Source: a virus
Taxonomy: Duplodnaviria > Heunggongvirae > Uroviricota > Caudoviricetes
DNA length: 6,341 bases
Virus record (IMG/VR): IMGVR_UViG_2529292719_000021
Location: 1 to 6,341 of that record
Reading direction: 5' to 3' (one strand)
Position numbers and translations under genes: made by a program. Shown here piece by piece: positions 1-5,798 of the stretch (position 1 is its first letter; each line of letters begins with the position of its first letter). The notes under the pieces were generated by a model. The model was not told the DNA's origin. It did no database searches and was given only the letters and a program-made list of their open reading frames with translations.

Positions 1-56
1 GGTATCCGTTCTGCTGAAGTGTCATGGCGTTGATTTTACGGTGACTCTTCGACAGT

Positions 57-83
57 GAAAAGAAAAAAGGCCGCAGAGCGGCC
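57..83 (-). terminator. Rho-independent terminator closing the minus-strand repressor-int-cargo transcription unit
   Basis: Perfect 6-bp GC stem GGCCGC/GCGGCC with 3-nt loop at 69..83; on the minus strand it is followed by a U-run (plus-strand A-run 57..68). Lies about 110 bp downstream of the stop of the 193..759 gene. Confidence 0.6.
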
Positions 84-192
84 ATAATCACATTCAAAAA
101 TCAACAAGTTAAATAATTATCAATAACTTACAGACACACAAAAACACAGTCAACCACAACAAGTAACAGTGATGTGGTCACTTTGTGGATCA

Positions 193-759
193 TCAGCCAA
201 CAAATTTTGCAATGAAATACGTAGCCGCCGCTGTAAAAAGCGAAGTAAAGATGGCTATACACACAGGTATAATGATGCCACTCAACCGCCACTTCGTATT
301 ATCATCAACTTTGTCAAACCGCCGATTCATCTCATCCATAATCTTGTCAAAGCGTTTATCCATCGCTTCGGCAATCTCCCCCTTCAGGCTGTTAATGTCT
401 GATTTGAGCTGCTCTTTCAGGTTAGCTGTATCAGATTTAAGCTCACCTTTCAGATTCGCAATATCGCATTTAAGCTCACCTTTCAGATGTGCTATGTCTG
501 CTTTGAGTTCACCTTTCACCTCACCAACATCGGCTTTAGTTGAGAGGTTTGTAGTGCGTTCAGCAAGCGTCGCAAGGTCGTTTCTTGTTAGCGATAAATC
601 ACCTTCGAGCCGCTCAATTCGCCTTTCAAGTTTATCTGACATTCCGCCTCCACTACTGCCGCCATCGCCACCATGATAAAGCACATCACGCTCAGAATGC
701 GACACACTACCTGCTGAATTACCGAAAAGATTTCTTGCTACATTACCCATTATCACCAT
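193..759 (-). CDS. Tail-anchored membrane protein with 11-residue (hendecad) tandem repeats and a single C-terminal transmembrane helix; function unknown
   Basis: ORF of 188 aa. Contains repeats VGEVKGELKAD / IAHLKGELKCD / IANLKGELKSD / TANLKEQLKSD, then RFDKIMDEMNRRFDKVDDNTKW, then a hydrophobic stretch GIIIPVCIAIFTSLFTAAATYFIA at the C-terminus. Start is ambiguous: the ATG at 759 overlaps the upstream gene by 17 nt, while an internal ATG at 642 (MSDKLERR...) is preceded by GGAGG. The antisense plus-strand translation is Ser-rich low complexity, so minus is taken as the coding strand. Confidence 0.6.
   Translation of the reverse strand: MVIMGNVARNLFGNSAGSVSHSERDVLYHGGDGGSSGGGMSDKLERRIERLEGDLSLTRNDLATLAERTTNLSTKADVGEVKGELKADIAHLKGELKCDIANLKGELKSDTANLKEQLKSDINSLKGEIAEAMDKRFDKIMDEMNRRFDKVDDNTKWRLSGIIIPVCIAIFTSLFTAAATYFIAKFVG
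403..534 (-). repeat. Four contiguous 33-bp tandem repeats, in frame, inside the 193..759 CDS
   Basis: Plus-strand units at 403..435, 436..468, 469..501 and 502..534 (TTTGAGCTGCTCTTTCAGGTTAGCTGTATCAGA / TTTAAGCTCACCTTTCAGATTCGCAATATCGCA / TTTAAGCTCACCTTTCAGATGTGCTATGTCTGC / TTTGAGTTCACCTTTCACCTCACCAACATCGGC), with degenerate copies on both sides. Each unit encodes one 11-aa repeat. Confidence 0.85.
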
Positions 760-1243
760 CCTGCGCTTTGTCTTTCTCCAACCACTTCAGCACCGCAGAC
801 GTACGATAAAGGCTCAGGTAACCACAATTCAGGCAATGCAGCGTGTAATAAGTTTTGCGCATATCAGGTATGCTCTTAACATCACCCAAAAAAGTATAAG
901 ATACATAATGCTTTATGTTCTCTTTAATTAACTCACTCTGCTCCTCCAGGGGTAGATTGTTAAAATTTTCTGGTTTCTTATTTTTATCCCAGCAAAGATC
1001 CATACTTTCAGGAACAGATAATCGCGACGATCCACATGAAGGGCAGACACTGGAGACCCCCTTCTCAGACAAGAAACGGAAGAAGATTTCTGGCGTAATC
1101 TCCATCAGCCGCTCTTTATGTTTTTTGACACGACTCATCGACTTCTTATTGATTTCATCAGCTTCTTCTTTGCATTTATCTTCTATATATTTCGATAGTA
1201 AATAGTCATATAACTCTTTTTTTGTAGGTTTTTTTATTTCCAT
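743..1243 (-). CDS. Lys/Glu-rich protein with two distant CxxC pairs (possible split zinc ribbon); function unknown
   Basis: ORF of 166 aa. CPSC at residues 67-70 and CLNC at 146-149, preceded by His. ATG at 1243..1241 sits 2 nt after the integrase stop (TAA at 1248..1246), with GGAGG 9 nt upstream inside the int 3' end, indicating co-transcription with int. Low GC, roughly 33-43% by hand count on sampled 120-nt stretches. Confidence 0.6.
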   Translation of the reverse strand: MEIKKPTKKELYDYLLSKYIEDKCKEEADEINKKSMSRVKKHKERLMEITPEIFFRFLSEKGVSSVCPSCGSSRLSVPESMDLCWDKNKKPENFNNLPLEEQSELIKENIKHYVSYTFLGDVKSIPDMRKTYYTLHCLNCGYLSLYRTSAVLKWLEKDKAQDGDNG

Positions 1244-1245
1244 AG

Positions 1246-2223
1246 TTACATTCCTCCCAAGGGATTAAACCTCACCGCATCCTGCAAGTAATCCGGCGCA
1301 AGATGGGCATAAATCATCGTTGTCTGAATCTTTGCGTGCCCCAGAATTTTCTGGAGCGTCAGAATATTGCCGCCGTTCATCATGAAATGACTGGCGAAGG
1401 TGTGGCGCAGCGCATGAACAGCCTGGCCGTCAGGAACATCAGGTGCGACCGTTTTGATGACATCGCGAACCAATGAATAATCCAGCGTCGGAAACACCAG
1501 TTTCCCGCCCCGTTTTTTGATCTTTTCAAACAGGCTTTCAGAAATAGGAACGGTACGGTTTTTGCTGTTCTTCGTTTTTGAAAAAGTGATTCGACAATGA
1601 AGAACACGGCGCTGCTCCAGTGCCGCTACCTCGCCCCATCGCGCCCCGGTCGACAGAAGGATTTCGACGGCCAGCCGTTCATCGGGATTTTCAGCCAGTG
1701 CATCCAGCAACTGAACACATTCAGACTTACTCAGATATCCCATTTCACGCTCGTTAACCTTCATTCCTTTAAGGCCTTGAACGGGGTTATCGTTAAGAAA
1801 ATGGCCGGATGAGATGAGTGCGGTAAACATCGCGCTTAACGCCCCAATCTCTCGATTTATGGTGCTGGGCTGTATCCCCTGCTCTATCCTGGACACACGT
1901 AGCTCGGTGAGCATCGTTGTATTAAGTTTATGCACGCACGGGTCATCCATTGCCTCACTCAAGCGCAGCAATTTAAGGCGCGTGTTATGCCCTGACTTCA
2001 TTAGCTGGCCGTGGTATTTCCACCACAAGTCAATAAGCACTGACAGCGGACGGCGATCAATGGAGTTTCCTTTCCACTCATTGTTATGCTGTTGCGCCAG
2101 CACCCACCGCTCATATAAAACTGCATCCGATTTCGTTTTAAATTTTTTGCGAATGCGTTTGCCTTTACGCCCCTCAGGACGCATGTCAAGAAGATACCCT
2201 CCCGGAATTGATTTTATGCTCAT
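1246..2223 (-). CDS. int: Tyrosine site-specific integrase, P2-Int-like family
   Basis: Translation from the internal ATG at 2223: MSIKSIPGGYLLDMRPEGRKGKRIRKKFKTKSDA... Carries the recombinase boxes STGARWGE, HALRHTFASHFMMNGG and LGHAKIQTTMIYAHLAP (catalytic Tyr). The N-terminal pattern matches what I recall of P2 Int. The ORF-track start at 2373 would overlap the upstream repressor, so 2223 is preferred. Confidence 0.9.
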   Translation of the reverse strand: MSIKSIPGGYLLDMRPEGRKGKRIRKKFKTKSDAVLYERWVLAQQHNNEWKGNSIDRRPLSVLIDLWWKYHGQLMKSGHNTRLKLLRLSEAMDDPCVHKLNTTMLTELRVSRIEQGIQPSTINREIGALSAMFTALISSGHFLNDNPVQGLKGMKVNEREMGYLSKSECVQLLDALAENPDERLAVEILLSTGARWGEVAALEQRRVLHCRITFSKTKNSKNRTVPISESLFEKIKKRGGKLVFPTLDYSLVRDVIKTVAPDVPDGQAVHALRHTFASHFMMNGGNILTLQKILGHAKIQTTMIYAHLAPDYLQDAVRFNPLGGM

Positions 2224-2272
2224 TCGTGAAGCCCCAGCGTTACAAGACCACCATGCCCCCAGCGTTCCATGA

Positions 2273-2584
2273 TTAGCCGGGCTGTGTGCCAGTCTTGCGG
2301 GATTTTTGAGAAGACGATGTGTTTTCTGGCCCATCAGGGGAGAGAGAAGGACTGATCTGCCCAGCAGCCTCATTTGTTTCGTTACTCATCAACCACGTAG
2401 TGTATTTTTTAAATTCCGGGTGCATTGTGATTTTCAGTAAAACCTCCGTTCCCACACCTCGAATACCAGTCTCGTATTGCTTAACCGTACCAACCGCAAT
2501 ACCTATTGAATCCGCGAACTTTGCCTGACTAAGCCCCTCAGATTCTCGAATTGCTTTTAGCTTCTTTGATATCTCTATTGACAT
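2273..2584 (-). CDS. HTH immunity repressor (P2 C-like / XRE-type), upstream of and co-oriented with int
   Basis: Translation from the ATG at 2584..2582: MSIEISKKLKAIRESEGLSQAKFADSIGIAVGTVKQYETG..., a helix-turn-helix followed by FKKYTTWLMSNETNEAAGQISP, resembling the recalled C-terminal motif of P2 C. AGGTG lies 7 nt upstream. The repressor-then-int order on one strand with a divergent early operon matches P2/186 organisation. Confidence 0.7.
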   Translation of the reverse strand: MSIEISKKLKAIRESEGLSQAKFADSIGIAVGTVKQYETGIRGVGTEVLLKITMHPEFKKYTTWLMSNETNEAAGQISPSLSPDGPENTSSSQKSRKTGTQPG

Positions 2585-2679
2585 GGTGTGCACCTGAATA
2601 CTATATTGGTTATCAGTTGAGTACCACTTGACGCTACAAAGAGCCACAAATAGCACCAGATTGAATAGGTTATCACACC
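2585..2679. promoter_or_regulatory. Divergent promoter/operator region between the repressor and the early operon (Pc/Pe-like switch)
   Basis: 95-bp intergenic region between divergent genes. Direct repeats ATTGGTTATCAG (2605..2616) and ATAGGTTATCAC (2665..2676) share the core GGTTATCA. Plus-strand TTGACG at 2628..2633 is a possible -35; minus-strand TATAGT (complement of 2600..2605) is a possible -10 for the repressor transcript. Confidence 0.5.
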
Positions 2680-2958
2680 ATGGCAAAAGTCCTTAACACA
2701 TACGAACAAGCGGATTTTGAGCGTTTGGCGGCGTTCTACCCATACCGTAATGAACATGGGCTACCGGTACTTGAAGAAAGCCTAGAGGATTATGCGAAAC
2801 GCACAAATCAAAGCATTCTCGCTGTAAGAAGGCAGGCTGATAGATCGGTAATTCCCGTTACTCAAGAAGGAAGAAACACAAAACGCAAAGTAAATCTCTT
2901 CGCAATTTTCCTGAAAACCATCAGAAACGCAGAGAAATACGTGCAGATGACAAAATAA
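2680..2958 (+). CDS. Cox/Apl-like small early protein (putative excisionase and switch regulator)
   Basis: 92-aa basic ORF, first gene of the operon divergent from the repressor; position and size match P2 Cox / 186 Apl. The role is inferred from position, not from sequence similarity. Confidence 0.45.
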   Translation: MAKVLNTYEQADFERLAAFYPYRNEHGLPVLEESLEDYAKRTNQSILAVRRQADRSVIPVTQEGRNTKRKVNLFAIFLKTIRNAEKYVQMTK

Positions 2959-2972
2959 CGAGGTGTCATTTT

Positions 2973-3311
2973 ATGCTGAAGCAACGCCGTAATTTTTGTA
3001 CCGGAACAGAACGCCACGCTAACCGTTTCACTACCAGTGCATCACGCAGCAACATCCGCTACAGCCTGAGTGATACACACGCAACGCCGGATGGCTACCC
3101 AGTAAAACAAATCGGCGAGCACGCCTGGCTGATTGAGAAAGCTGGAATCGTGATCCACAAATGCCCACGCAATCCGTTTACCGGAAACCGCATTTTTGCT
3201 CTAAGCAGTGGCGACAATCAGTTCGGGCAGGATTTCACATTATACGAAGCACTTCGCACGGTTGATCGTCTGCTTCGCGGGCAAAGTTTTATTAAACAGG
3301 CTGATTTATAA
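2973..3311 (+). CDS. Hypothetical early protein
   Basis: 112-aa ORF; GAGGTG sits 7 nt upstream of the ATG; starts 14 nt after the previous stop. Confidence 0.5.
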   Translation: MLKQRRNFCTGTERHANRFTTSASRSNIRYSLSDTHATPDGYPVKQIGEHAWLIEKAGIVIHKCPRNPFTGNRIFALSSGDNQFGQDFTLYEALRTVDRLLRGQSFIKQADL

Positions 3312-3321
3312 CAGGTGCTTT

Positions 3322-3609
3322 ATGACCAAAGACCATGCACAAGGTGTATTTATCCGTTTTATTGATTTTCGCGGTGAACTGTTATTACGTGCATCCGCTA
3401 TTGACGGAGTGACTCCGGCGGGTAAAAACGGAGCCGACGAAGCCACTTACGTTTATCTGAACGGCACGCGACTGCTTGTGGAACTTCCGTACCAGACCGT
3501 ACGAGAAATCATTAGCGAAGCTGAAAAGGCACGCCAGGTTAATGGCGATGAACCCTATATCGAAATTATTTGTATGGATTCAGAAGCTGAAATACAGAAA
3601 GCAGATTAA
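3322..3609 (+). CDS. Hypothetical early protein
   Basis: Track ORF 3208..3609 trimmed to the internal ATG at 3322 (MTKDHAQGVF...), which follows the previous stop at 3311 and has AGGTG upstream. The longer form would overlap the upstream gene by about 100 nt. Confidence 0.5.
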   Translation: MTKDHAQGVFIRFIDFRGELLLRASAIDGVTPAGKNGADEATYVYLNGTRLLVELPYQTVREIISEAEKARQVNGDEPYIEIICMDSEAEIQKAD

Positions 3610-3617
3610 AGGGCGTT

Positions 3618-3863
3618 GTGATGGGCAAAGAATATAAAACTCTCATTAACAAAGCACTTGAGCGTTTTTATTTTCGCTTAAGTGCATCAGGCGCTCATGC
3701 TGAACGTGCGGCCCGTGACTCATTGACCAGAGCAATCCGAAGTCTGTATGACGTGGCTTTTTACGCTGATGATCTGGATGCACTTAACGAACTTTCCGAG
3801 CTAATCTGTGCCGCAGAATGCGGGGAACATATTGAACCGTATAAGCTGGGGAATATCGCATGA
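3618..3863 (+). CDS. Hypothetical early protein
   Basis: 81-aa ORF. The track starts at GTG 3618; the adjacent ATG at 3621 is the more likely start. Its stop overlaps the next start (ATGA). Confidence 0.5.
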   Translation: MMGKEYKTLINKALERFYFRLSASGAHAERAARDSLTRAIRSLYDVAFYADDLDALNELSELICAAECGEHIEPYKLGNIA

Positions 3864-3973
3864 GTATATTTATCTCATGGCTTGTTCTGATTATTTCTGT
3901 GGCCTGCGCCATTGGGATTATGCGAATTATTCATTCAGTAAAAAAGATTGAACGCTTTTTCACTGGCGAATAA
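3860..3973 (+). CDS. Small hydrophobic peptide (37 aa), putative single-pass membrane protein
   Basis: ATG at 3860 overlaps the upstream stop (ATGA). Translation MSIFISWLVLIISVACAIGIMRIIHSVKKIERFFTGE has a hydrophobic core followed by a basic tail. Absent from the ORF track, presumably because of size. Confidence 0.35.
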   Translation: MSIFISWLVLIISVACAIGIMRIIHSVKKIERFFTGE

Positions 3974-4059
3974 CAGAGCAAATAAAACCACAGGTTAAAT
4001 AAGAAAATGTAAAAACAATCCGCATTCGCGGAGGTATTCGCATACGCCAAGGAGGCGTA

Positions 4060-4263
4060 ATGGCAATTAAGCATTTTCCTGTCGTTCGTTTTACCTCCAG
4101 AGGACGTGAATACGAAGTCGACGAACGCCTGATTACCACAATCGACAAACACCGTTCAGAAAAGGATGCACATCACATCTATCTCACTGACGGCACTTAC
4201 TTCTGCGCCACGAATGTGGTGCAGGTGAACCTTATCCGACAGGTACAGGAGTCACGCAGATGA
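4060..4263 (+). CDS. Hypothetical early protein
   Basis: 67-aa ORF with a strong Shine-Dalgarno AAGGAGG at 4049..4055. Confidence 0.55.
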   Translation: MAIKHFPVVRFTSRGREYEVDERLITTIDKHRSEKDAHHIYLTDGTYFCATNVVQVNLIRQVQESRR

Positions 4264-4505
4264 CCATTCTGGATTATATCGCTGCCAATCCGGGGTGTAG
4301 CGGTGGAGAAATCGCCGCAGCACTGAATACCCCAACCACAGCCATTAATGCGGAGTTACGCCGACTCTGGCGCAGCGGTTCAGTCATAAGAAAAGAGCGC
4401 AAAACAGGCGGTCGCTTTTCTTACCAGATAAACCCGATGCCGTTCGGGTGCGGCAATCCACTTACCAACATGTTTAACCAGCTACTGAAGGAAGCCAGAG
4501 CATGA
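4260..4505 (+). CDS. Small putative winged-helix DNA-binding protein
   Basis: 81-aa ORF; ATGA overlap with the upstream stop. The N-terminus MTILDYIAANPGCSGGEIAAALN... has the look of a wHTH regulator; this is weak pattern recognition only. Confidence 0.5.
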   Translation: MTILDYIAANPGCSGGEIAAALNTPTTAINAELRRLWRSGSVIRKERKTGGRFSYQINPMPFGCGNPLTNMFNQLLKEARA

Positions 4506-4801
4506 GCGCCATCAACCACCAGGAATTACGCGAACTGGCAACTGACCTTCAACGAATGGCAACGCATCAAAAATTACTGGCGTTTCGCGCAATGCTCTCG
4601 CCGTCTGCTGTGCTGGCACTGCTGGATGAGCTGGAGCACGCCAAAACCACGGCTCCTGCCATTCGCCTGACGCTCCATCATGAAATCGCTGATTTCTGCG
4701 CAACGCTGGGGGCACCTGGCGAACCGGAAACGCCGGAAGCAATGCAGCAAGAGCTGCTGCAACGCATTGACAAGGTTTTTGATTTTTTTCTGAACCAGTA
4801 A
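4502..4801 (+). CDS. Hypothetical acidic early protein
   Basis: 99-aa ORF; ATGA overlap with the upstream stop; last gene before the 322-bp non-coding region. Confidence 0.55.
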   Translation: MSAINHQELRELATDLQRMATHQKLLAFRAMLSPSAVLALLDELEHAKTTAPAIRLTLHHEIADFCATLGAPGEPETPEAMQQELLQRIDKVFDFFLNQ

Positions 4802-4923
4802 GAAACCAGAACATGCACACACAAAAAAACCGCTTGCCATGCCGCAATCGGTCAGGTTACATTTCCGCTGCACCTCATAAAACGGGTGCCGGGATTCTCA
4901 ACCCGATACAGAGCAAAGCGCAT

Positions 4924-4945
4924 AACCGCGCCAGCGGTTTTTTTG
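4924..4945 (+). terminator. Candidate intrinsic terminator
   Basis: AACCGC-GCCA-GCGGTT hairpin (6-bp stem) followed by TTTTTTT at 4939..4945, about 120 nt after the stop at 4801. Confidence 0.4.
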
Positions 4946-4956
4946 TGCGTACTGTA

Positions 4957-4985
4957 TTGCCACGTCTTTTTCGCGTCAGAATTAT
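4957..4985 (+). promoter_or_regulatory. Candidate sigma70 promoter for the downstream genes
   Basis: TTGCCA (4957..4962), 17-nt spacer, AATTAT (4980..4985). A transcript from here would carry a leader of about 130 nt containing a UUCG-loop hairpin (about 5000..5018). Confidence 0.3.
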
Positions 4986-5123
4986 GGCGGGGCGTACGGG
5001 GCCGACTTCGGTCGGGCCGGATTCTTTGCTCTCCGGTGTTGAGAACCCTGTACGTCTCGCCACCCCGAGATTCTCAACTCTGGATGGTGAGCTATTTCTA
5101 TCACCGAGCAAAGAGGCCACACC

Positions 5124-5354
5124 ATGGCAAACCGCAAACAACAGCGCGCATACGCTGCGCGTCGTCACATCCAGACTGAAATCAACCGCAGACTTTCCCG
5201 CGCATCACGCGTCGCGCAAATCATGCACATCAATATGCTGCATGAGCGCAGCCACGCACTATCAAACATTTATTCCGCCTCTGTTTTCAGCTATCTGGCG
5301 GATGATCTGCACGAGCTTCAACAGCTCATCCAGCAGCAAAACAAACTCCATTAA
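5124..5354 (+). CDS. Small basic hypothetical protein
   Basis: 76-aa ORF; AAGAGG sits 7 nt upstream. Arg-rich N-terminus MANRKQQRAYAARRHIQTEINRR. Confidence 0.45.
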   Translation: MANRKQQRAYAARRHIQTEINRRLSRASRVAQIMHINMLHERSHALSNIYSASVFSYLADDLHELQQLIQQQNKLH

Positions 5355-5426
5355 TTCCTGTTCCGGGCCTTTCCTGCACCTTGCGGCGGGAGGCCTTCGC
5401 ACATCTGTAACAAGAGGATTGCCGCA

Positions 5427-5792
5427 ATGATTCTCGCCAACGACTTTCTTGAATACCTGCTCAACACAGAGCGTGATCTTGCCGCTCGCGTGCGTGATCG
5501 TTATGACATGTACCTGAAATCCCTGCCTGTACCGCAGCTCGCTGACGGAAAGATTGTTATTGATGGTCGCTACATGATTGACAGCCACGAGGGAAATTAC
5601 AGGCTTTACCGCATTGAAGGTGGCACCCCGTCCGTTATTGGCATTTACCAGCGCCCATCCTCTGCAATCGTCGATGTGATTGCCGACAGCATCCGCATCA
5701 CACATCGCCATGCCGACACAGAAGACACCGTGCTGGAAATTCAGCGGCTGGCTACAGTCTGCCGCGACACCCTGAATGGCATGACGAAGTAA
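5427..5792 (+). CDS. Hypothetical protein
   Basis: 121-aa ORF; AAGAGG sits 9 nt upstream; only 6 nt before the next start. Confidence 0.5.
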   Translation: MILANDFLEYLLNTERDLAARVRDRYDMYLKSLPVPQLADGKIVIDGRYMIDSHEGNYRLYRIEGGTPSVIGIYQRPSSAIVDVIADSIRITHRHADTEDTVLEIQRLATVCRDTLNGMTK

Positions 5793-5798
5793 ATCACT

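Larger units (their letters stand above)
4891..5080. repeat. Three copies of a 12-14 bp motif with core TTCTCAAC (two direct, one inverted)
   Basis: GGGATTCTCAACCC at 4891..4904 (+), GGTGTTGAGAACCC at 5035..5048 (inverted) and GAGATTCTCAACTC at 5067..5080 (+). The first and second copies plus the flanking CAGAGCAAAG / CTTTGCTCT could also pair as a long-range RNA stem. Confidence 0.5.

Noticed and set aside
1-192. tRNA gene or tRNA-derived att site at the left edge
   Set aside because: I found no cloverleaf-compatible sequence and no T-loop or anticodon-arm pattern; the only strong structure is the terminator hairpin.
403-534. Possible CRISPR array suggested by regular 33-bp repeats
   Set aside because: The units are directly contiguous with no spacers, are diverged copies, and lie in frame inside a coding sequence.
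185-676. 163-aa plus-strand ORF (and 169..402) opposite the repeat gene
   Set aside because: Its translation is Ser/Pro-rich low complexity that mirrors the repeats. The minus-strand frame gives a coherent repeat-plus-transmembrane protein continuous with the int operon and its terminator.
1217-1235. Two A7 tracts at the 5' end of the Zn-ribbon gene as a phase-variation switch
   Set aside because: Runs of 7 are short for efficient slippage and are simply explained by the Lys-rich N-terminus (AAA codons) in AT-rich DNA; noted but not claimed.
1380-2272. Internal ORFs within and antisense to int (1380..1607, 1597..1812, 1814..2272, 2001..2189)
   Set aside because: All are embedded in the well-supported integrase CDS and have no start signals or sensible products.
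1246-2373. Integrase with a 50-residue N-terminal extension (track start at 2373)
   Set aside because: The extension would overlap the upstream repressor gene by about 100 nt, and the conserved integrase N-terminus begins at the internal Met (2223).
2273-2686. 137-aa version of the repressor ORF
   Set aside because: The extension runs into the divergent promoter region and past the Cox-like start. The HTH protein begins at the ATG at 2584, which has AGGTG upstream.
3931-4152. Minus-strand ORFs 3931..4152 and 3960..4148
   Set aside because: They are antisense to the SD-preceded 4060 gene and the coupled small peptide, with no supporting signals.
4512-4873. Minus-strand ORFs 4512..4847 and 4574..4873
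   Set aside because: They are antisense to the plus-strand early gene and the non-coding island; their products are Cys/Arg-rich and they do not fit the operon.
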